A DNA stretch of 64,000 bases from the human T2T-CHM13v2.0 reference genome, Homo sapiens, in the NCBI RefSeq assembly GCF_009914755.1, contig NC_060925.1. One strand, given 5' to 3'. A program made the position numbers and the translations under genes. The notes under the pieces were generated by a model. It was not told where the DNA came from, ran no database searches, and saw nothing but the letters and a program-made list of their open reading frames with translations. This document shows, in pieces, positions 57,315-64,000 of the stretch. Each line of letters begins with the position of its first letter. Positions within the stretch are counted from its first letter, which is position 1.

Positions 57315-57662
57315 CTGTGACCTTCACTTCTGTGATGGACTCTTCATAGACATTTCTGTCTTTGAAGAAGCAGTGGTACTGCCCGTCATCATCAGCACTG
57401 ACATTAAGGATCCTGAGGGTCACTTTACCTTCTCCAATGGCTTCTTTCAGGAGCTCTGTCCGCTCCACATACTTGGAGATAGTTTCTCCATACAGGTCTT
57501 TACCATCCTTATACAGGTAAACAGGTCGTGTGTAGTGACTCTGGAACCAGCGTATTTCCATGTGTTCTGCGCTTTGTGGTGGAGACAGCTGGCAACTGAG
57601 CTCAACTTTTCCACCCAGTGGAGCCAAGATTGGCCTCTATAAGCTATTCACTATGAATTGTT
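57315..57662 (-). pseudogene. SKINT1L: SKINT1L IgV exon (348 bp, phase 1-1) with TAG at codon 9
   Basis: Acceptor tctcccttcacag|AA at 57663; donor ACAG|gtaagg at 57314. V-set motifs ELSC, IRW and DDGQYHC are present. TAG at 57637-57639. Confidence 0.95.
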
Positions 57663-57746
57663 CTGTGAAGGGAGACAGCAACGAAAGGATGAGAAGTGGA
57701 CCAAGACAAAATTTTTATTTGAATTATTATATCACAAACACCCATA

Positions 57747-57747
<1 letters not shown>

Positions 57748-57789
<42 letters not shown>
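57748..57789. repeat. (CA)n microsatellite about 85 bp upstream of the IgV acceptor
   Basis: About 21 uninterrupted AC units. Confidence 0.97.
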
Positions 57790-57791
<2 letters not shown>

Positions 57792-57889
57792 TATTGAGAG
57801 TACATTCTTTTGTTTTCTCTTTTCCTTGAAAACACCTTTACTTTGCACTTTGCTTGAATGGAAATTCATCAAATTACTTTAAGAAATAT

Positions 57890-58219
<330 letters not shown>

Positions 58220-58280
58220 CTACTACCAGTATAACAATTGCCCCTCTTCATTCTTTTTTTTCACCCTAGTTAAAACAACA

Positions 58281-61200
58281 TTATTATTATTATTATTATT
58301 ATACTTTAAGTTCTAGGATACATGTGTAGAATGTGCAGGTTTGTTACATAGGTATACACGTGCCATGGTGGTTTGCTGCACCCATCAACCCATCATCTAC
58401 ATTAGGTATTTCTCCTAATGGTATCCCTCCCCTGTCCCCCCACCACCCGACAGGCCCTGGTGTGTGATGTTCCCCTCCCTGTGCCCACGTGCCCTCATTG
58501 TTCAACTCTCGCTTATGAATGAGAACATGCAGTGTTTGGTTTCTGTTCCTGTGTTAGTTTGCTGAGAATGGTGGTTTCCAGCTTCATCCATGTCCCTGCA
58601 AAGGACATGAACACATCTTTTTTATGACTGCATAGTATTCCATGGTGTTTATGAGCCACATTTTCTTTAACCAGTCTATCATTGATGAGCATTTGACTTG
58701 GTTCAAAGTCTTTGCTAATGTGAACAGTGCTGCAATAAACACACGTGTGCATGTGTCTTTGTAGTAGAATGATTTATAATCCTTTTGGTATATACCCAGT
58801 AAACGCATTCCTATTTCTCCACAACCTCACCAGCATCTGTTGTTTTCTGATTTTTTAATGATCACCATTCTAGCTGGCATAAGATGGTATCTCATTGTGG
58901 TTTTGATTTGCATTTCTCTAATGACCAGTGATAATGAGCTTTTTTTCATATGTGTGTTGGCCACATAAATGTCTTCTTTTGAGAAACATCTGTTCATATC
59001 TTTTCCCCACTTTTTGATGGGGTTGTTTGTTCTTTTCTTGTAAATTTGTTTAAGTTCCTTGTAGATTCTGGATATTAGCCCTTTGTCAGATGCACATATT
59101 GCAAAAATGTTCTCCCATTCTGTAGGTTGCCTGTTCACTTGGATGATAGTTTCTTTTGCTGTGCAGAAGCTCTTTAGTTTAATTAGATCCCATTTGTCAA
59201 TTTTGGCTTTTGTTGCCATTGCTTTTGGTGTTTTAGTCATGAAGTCTTTGCCCGTGCCTATGTCCTGAATGGTATTGCCTAGGTTTTCTTCTGGGGTTTT
59301 CATGGTTTTAGGTCTTACATTTAAGTTTTTAATCCATCTTGAGTTAATTTTTGTGTAAGGTATAAGGAAGGGGTCCAGTTTCAGTGTTCTGTATATGGCT
59401 AGCCAGTTTTCCCAACACCATTTATTAAATAGGGGATCCTTTCCCTATTGCATGTTTTTGTCAGGTTTGCCAAAGATCAGATGGTTGTAGATGTGTGGAG
59501 TTATTTCTGAGGCCTGTGTTCTGTTCCATTGGTCAATATATCTGTTTGGTTATCAGTACCATGCTGTTTGGGTTACTGTAGCCTTGTAGTGTAGTTTGAA
59601 GTCAGGTTGAATGATGCCTCCAGGTTTGTTCTTTTTGCTTAGGATTGCCTTGGCTACATAGGCTCTTTTTTGGTTCCATATGAAATTTAAAGTAGTTTTT
59701 TCTAATTCTGTGAAGAAAGTCAGTGGTAGCTTGATGGGGATAGCATTGAATCTATAAATTACTTTAAGCAGTATGGCCATTTTCATGATGTTGATTCTTC
59801 CTATCCATGAGCATGGAATGTTTTTCCATTTGTTTTTGTCCTCTCTGAATTCCTTGAGCAGTGGTTTGTAGTTCTCCTTGAAGAGGCCCTTCACATCCCT
59901 TGTAAGTTGTATTTCTAGGTATTTGATTCTCTTTGTAGCAATTGTCAATGGGAGTTCACTCATTATTTGGCTCTCTGTTTGTCTATTATTGGTGTATGGG
60001 AATGCTTGTAATTTTTGCACACTGATTTTGCATCCTGAGACATTGCTGAATTTGCTTATCAGCTTAAGGAGTTTTTGGGCCGAGACCATGGGGTTTTCTA
60101 AATATACAATCGTGTCATTGGCAAACAGAGACAATTTGACTTCTTCTCTTCCTATGTGAACATGCTTTATTTCTTTCTGTTGCCTGATTGCCCTGGCCAG
60201 AACTTTCAATACTATGTTGAATAGGAGTGGTGAGAGAGGGCATCCTTGTCTCGCACCGATTTTCTATGGGAATGCTTCCAGCTTTTGCCCATTCAGTATG
60301 ATGTTGGCTGTGGGTTTGTCATAAATAGCTCTTATTGTTTTGAGATACATTCCATCAATACCTAGTTTATTGAGAGTTTTTAGCATGAAGGAATGTTGAA
60401 TTTTATTGAGGCCTTTTCTGCATCTATTGAGATAATCATGTGGTTTTTGTCATTGGTTCTGTTTATGTGATGGATTAGGTTTATTGATTTGTATATGTTG
60501 AACCAGCCTTGCTTCTCAGGGATGGAGCCAACTTGATCATGGTGGATAAGCTTTTTGATGTGCTGCTGGATTCATTTTGCCAGTATTTTATTGAGAATTT
60601 TCACATTGATGTTCATCAGGGATATTGGCCTGAAATTTTCTTTTTTGTTGTTGTTGTGTCTTTGCCAGGTTTTGGAATCAGGATGACGCTGCCCTCATAA
60701 AATTAGTCAGGGAAGACTCCCTCTTTTTCTATTGTTTGAAATAATTTCAGAAGGAATGCTACCAGCTCCTCTTTTTACTTCTGGTAGAATTTGGCTGTGA
60801 ATCCATCTGGTCCTGGGCTTTTGTTGGTTGGTAGGCTATGAATTACTGCCTCAATTTCTGAACTTGTTATTGGTCTATTCAGGGATTCGACTTCTTCCTG
60901 GTTTAGTCTAAGGAGGGTGTATGTGTCCAGAAATTTATCCATTTCTTCTAGATTTTCTGGTTTATTTGCATAGAGGTGTTTATAGTATTCTGACGGTAGT
61001 TTGTATTTCTGTGGGATCAGTGGTGATAGCCACTTTATCATTTTTTGTTGTGTCTATTTGATTCTTCTCTTTTTTCTTCATTAGTCTGGCTAGGCATTTA
61101 TCTCTTTTGTTAATTTTTTTCAAAAAACTAGCTTCTGGATTCATTGATTTTTGGAAGGGCTTTTTGTGTCTTCTTCACTTCTGCCCTGATCTTAGTTATT

Positions 61201-64000
61201 TATTTTCTTCTGCTTGCTTTTGAATTTGTTTTCTCTTGCTTCTCTAGTTCTTTTAATTGTGGTGTTAGGGTATCTTTCCCACTTTCTCCTGTGGGCATTT
61301 AGTGCTATAAATTTCCCTCTAAACACTGCTTTAGCTGTGCCCCAGAGATTCTGGTACATTATGTCTTTGTACTCATCGGTTTCAAAGAACTTACTTATTT
61401 CTGCCTTAATTTTGTTATTTGTCCAGTAGTCATTCAGGAGCAGATTGTTCAGTTTCCATGTAGTTGTGCAGTTTTCAGTGAGTTTCTTTATCCTGAGTTC
61501 TAATTTGATTGCACTGTTGTCTGACAGATTGTTTGTTATCATTTCCATTCTTTTGCTTTTGCTGAGGAGTGCTTTACCTCCAATTATGTGGTCGATTTTA
61601 GAATAAATGTGATGTGGTGCTGAGAAGAATGTATATTCTGTTAATTTGGGATGGAGAGTTCTGTAGATGTCTATTAGGTCCATTTTGTCCAGAGCTGAGT
61701 TCAAGACCTGAATATCTTGTTAATTTTATGTCTCGTTGATATGTCTAATATTGACAGTGGGGTGTTAAAGTCTCCCATTATCATTAAGTCAAAGTCTACA
61801 TCTCTTTGTAGTTCTCTAAGAACTTGCTTTATGAATCTGGGTGCTCCTGTTTTGGGTGCATATATATTTAGGATATTTGGCTTTTCTTGTTGCATTGATC
61901 CCTTTACCATTATGTAATGCCCTTCTTTGTCTTTTTTGATCTTTGTTGGTTTAAAGTCTGTTTTATCAGAGACTAAGATTGCACCCCTGCTTTTTTTGCT
62001 TTCCATTTGCTTGGTAAATATTCCTCCATCCCTTTATTTTGAGTCTATGTATGTCTTTGCACATGAGATGGGTCTCCTGAATACAGCACAATGAGGGTCT
62101 TGACTCTTTATCCAATTTGCCAGTCTGTGTCTTTTAACTGGGGCATTTAGCCCATTTACATTTAAGGTTAATATTGTTATGTGTGAATTTGATCCTGTCA
62201 TTATGATGCTAACTGGTTACTTTGCCCATTAGTTGATGCAGTTTCTTCATAGTGTTGATGGTCTTTACAATTTGGTATGTTTTTGCAGTGGCTGGTACCA
62301 GTTTTTCCTTTCCATATTTAGTGCTTCCTTCAGGAGTTCTTGTAAGGCAGGCCTGGTGGTGACAAAATCTCTCAGCATTTGCTTGTCTGTAAAGGATTTT
62401 ATTTCTCATTCACTTACGAAGCTTAGTTTGGCTGGATATGAAACTGGATATGAAATTCTGGGTTGAAGATTCTTTTCTTTAAGAATGTTGAATATTGGCC
62501 CACACTCTCTTCTAGCTTGTAGGGTTTCTGCACGGACATCCACTATTGGTCTGATGGGCTTCCCTTTGTGGGTAACCCGACCTTTCTCTCTGGCTGCACT
62601 TAACATTTTTTCCTTCATTTCAACCTTGGTGAATCTGACAATTACGTGTCTTGGGTTGTTCTTCTCGAGGAGTACTTTGTGGTGTTCTCTGTATTTCCTG
62701 AATTTGAATGTTGGCCTGTCTTGCTAGGTTGGGATAATATCCTGAAGAGTGTTTTCCAACTTGGTTCCATTTTCCCCTTCACTTTCAGGTACACCAATCA
62801 AACATAGGTTTGTTCTTTTCACATAGTCCCATATTTCTTGGCAGCTTTGTTCATTCCTTTTCATTCTTTTGTCTCTAATCTTGTCTTCATGCTTTATTTC
62901 ATTAAGTTGATCTTCAGTCTCTGATATAATTTCTTCCTCTTGATCGATTCGGCTATTAATACTTGTGTATGCTTCACAAAATTCTCGTGCTGTGTTTTTC
63001 AGCTCCATTAGGTCATTTCTGTTCTTCTCTAAACTGGCTATTCTATTTAGCAATTCCTTTAACTTTTTTTAAAGGTTGTGAGCTTCCTTGCATTGGGTTG
63101 GAACATGCTCCATTAGCTCGGAGGAGTTTGTTATTAAGAGGTTTTCTGGTTTTCGGAATTTTCAGCCTTTTTGCCCTGTTTTTTCCTTATCTTCATGGAT
63201 TTATCTACCTTTGGTTTTGATATTGCTGACCTTCAGTTGGGGTTTTGGTGAGGAAGTCCTTTTTGTTGATGCTGATGCTATTCCTTTCTGTTTATTAGTT
63301 TTCCTTCTAACACTCAGGCCCCTCTGCTGCAGGTCTGCTGGAGTTTGCTGTCGGTCCACTCCAGACCCTGTTTGCCTGGATATCACCAGCAGAAGCTACA
63401 GAACAGCCAAGATTGCTGCCCTTTCCTTCCTCTGGAAGCTTTGTCTCACATGGGCACCCACCAGATGCCAGCCAGAGCTCTCCCATATGAGGTGTCTGTC
63501 AACCCCTTCTGGGAGGTGTCTCCCCATCAGGAGGCACAGGGGTCAGGTACCCACTTGAGGAGGCAATCTGTCCCTTAGCAGAGCTCAAGTGCTGTGCTTG
63601 GAGATCCACTTCTCTCCTCAGAGCCAGCAGTCAGGAATGTTTAAGTCTGCTGAAGCTGTGCCCACAGCCAACCTTCCCCCAGGTGCTCTGTTCCAGGGAG
63701 ATGAGAGTTTTATCTATACGCCCCTGACAGGGGCTGCTGCCTTTCTTTCAGAGATGTCCTGCCCAGAGAAGAAGAATCTAGAGAAGCAGTCTGGCTACAG
63801 CGGCTTTGTGGAGCTGCAGTGGGCTCTGCCCAGTTTGAAATTTCAGGCCGCTTTCTTTATACTGTGAGGGGAAAACCGTCTACTCAAGCCTCAGTAATGG
63901 TGGATGCCCTTCTCTGCACCAAGCTCGAGCATCCCAGGATGACTTCCGACTGCTGTGCTGGCAGCGAGAATTTCAAGCCAGTGGATCTTAGCTTGCTGGG
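58281..64000 (-). mobile_element. Degenerate L1PA7/8-like element, running off the window end within its 5'UTR
   Basis: 3'UTR at 58281, ORF2 fragments 58584-62006, ORF1 fragments 62406-63053, then 5'UTR. Confidence 0.93.

Noticed and set aside
57295-57627. ORF-track 110-aa protein as a standalone gene
   Set aside because: It starts at TTG inside an exon, just after the stop, and runs into the intron.
57634-57640. Nonsense TAG (or the following AG) acting as a cryptic acceptor that rescues the frame
   Set aside because: With a phase-1 upstream exon, both options are out of frame.
55462-57662. Assignment to BTN, BTNL, MOG or ERMAP
   Set aside because: The motifs [12 protein letters not shown] and IHPPNSKG, two separate TM exons and the absence of heptad or B30.2 exons fit SKINT better.

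Overview
Hominoid (human or great-ape) genomic DNA, mostly transposable elements, containing the body of the butyrophilin-family pseudogene SKINT1L on the minus strand. Four exons can be reconstructed with canonical AG/GT boundaries, all phase 1-1: IgV (57662-57315), IgC (55754-55473), TM1 (52751-52641) and TM2 (50498-50391). Nonsense codons occur at IgV codon 9 (57637-57639) and in TM2 (50482-50484). The signal-peptide exon is not seen and presumably lies beyond 64000. Candidate downstream exons are two paralogous micro-exons (15281-15241, 12228-12189) and two phase-compatible open exons (2122-1905, 632-448). The introns contain nested L1s, Alus, L2/MIR, MLT/MER LTRs, an ERVL pol relic and an ERV1 relic with an internal pol inversion. 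A full-length L1PA2-like element (40969-47003) has dead ORF1/ORF2 but an intact antisense ORF0 pointing in the SKINT1L direction. Repeat subfamily names and mouse Skint1 similarity come from recalled consensus sequences, not from searches, and most repeat boundaries are approximate.
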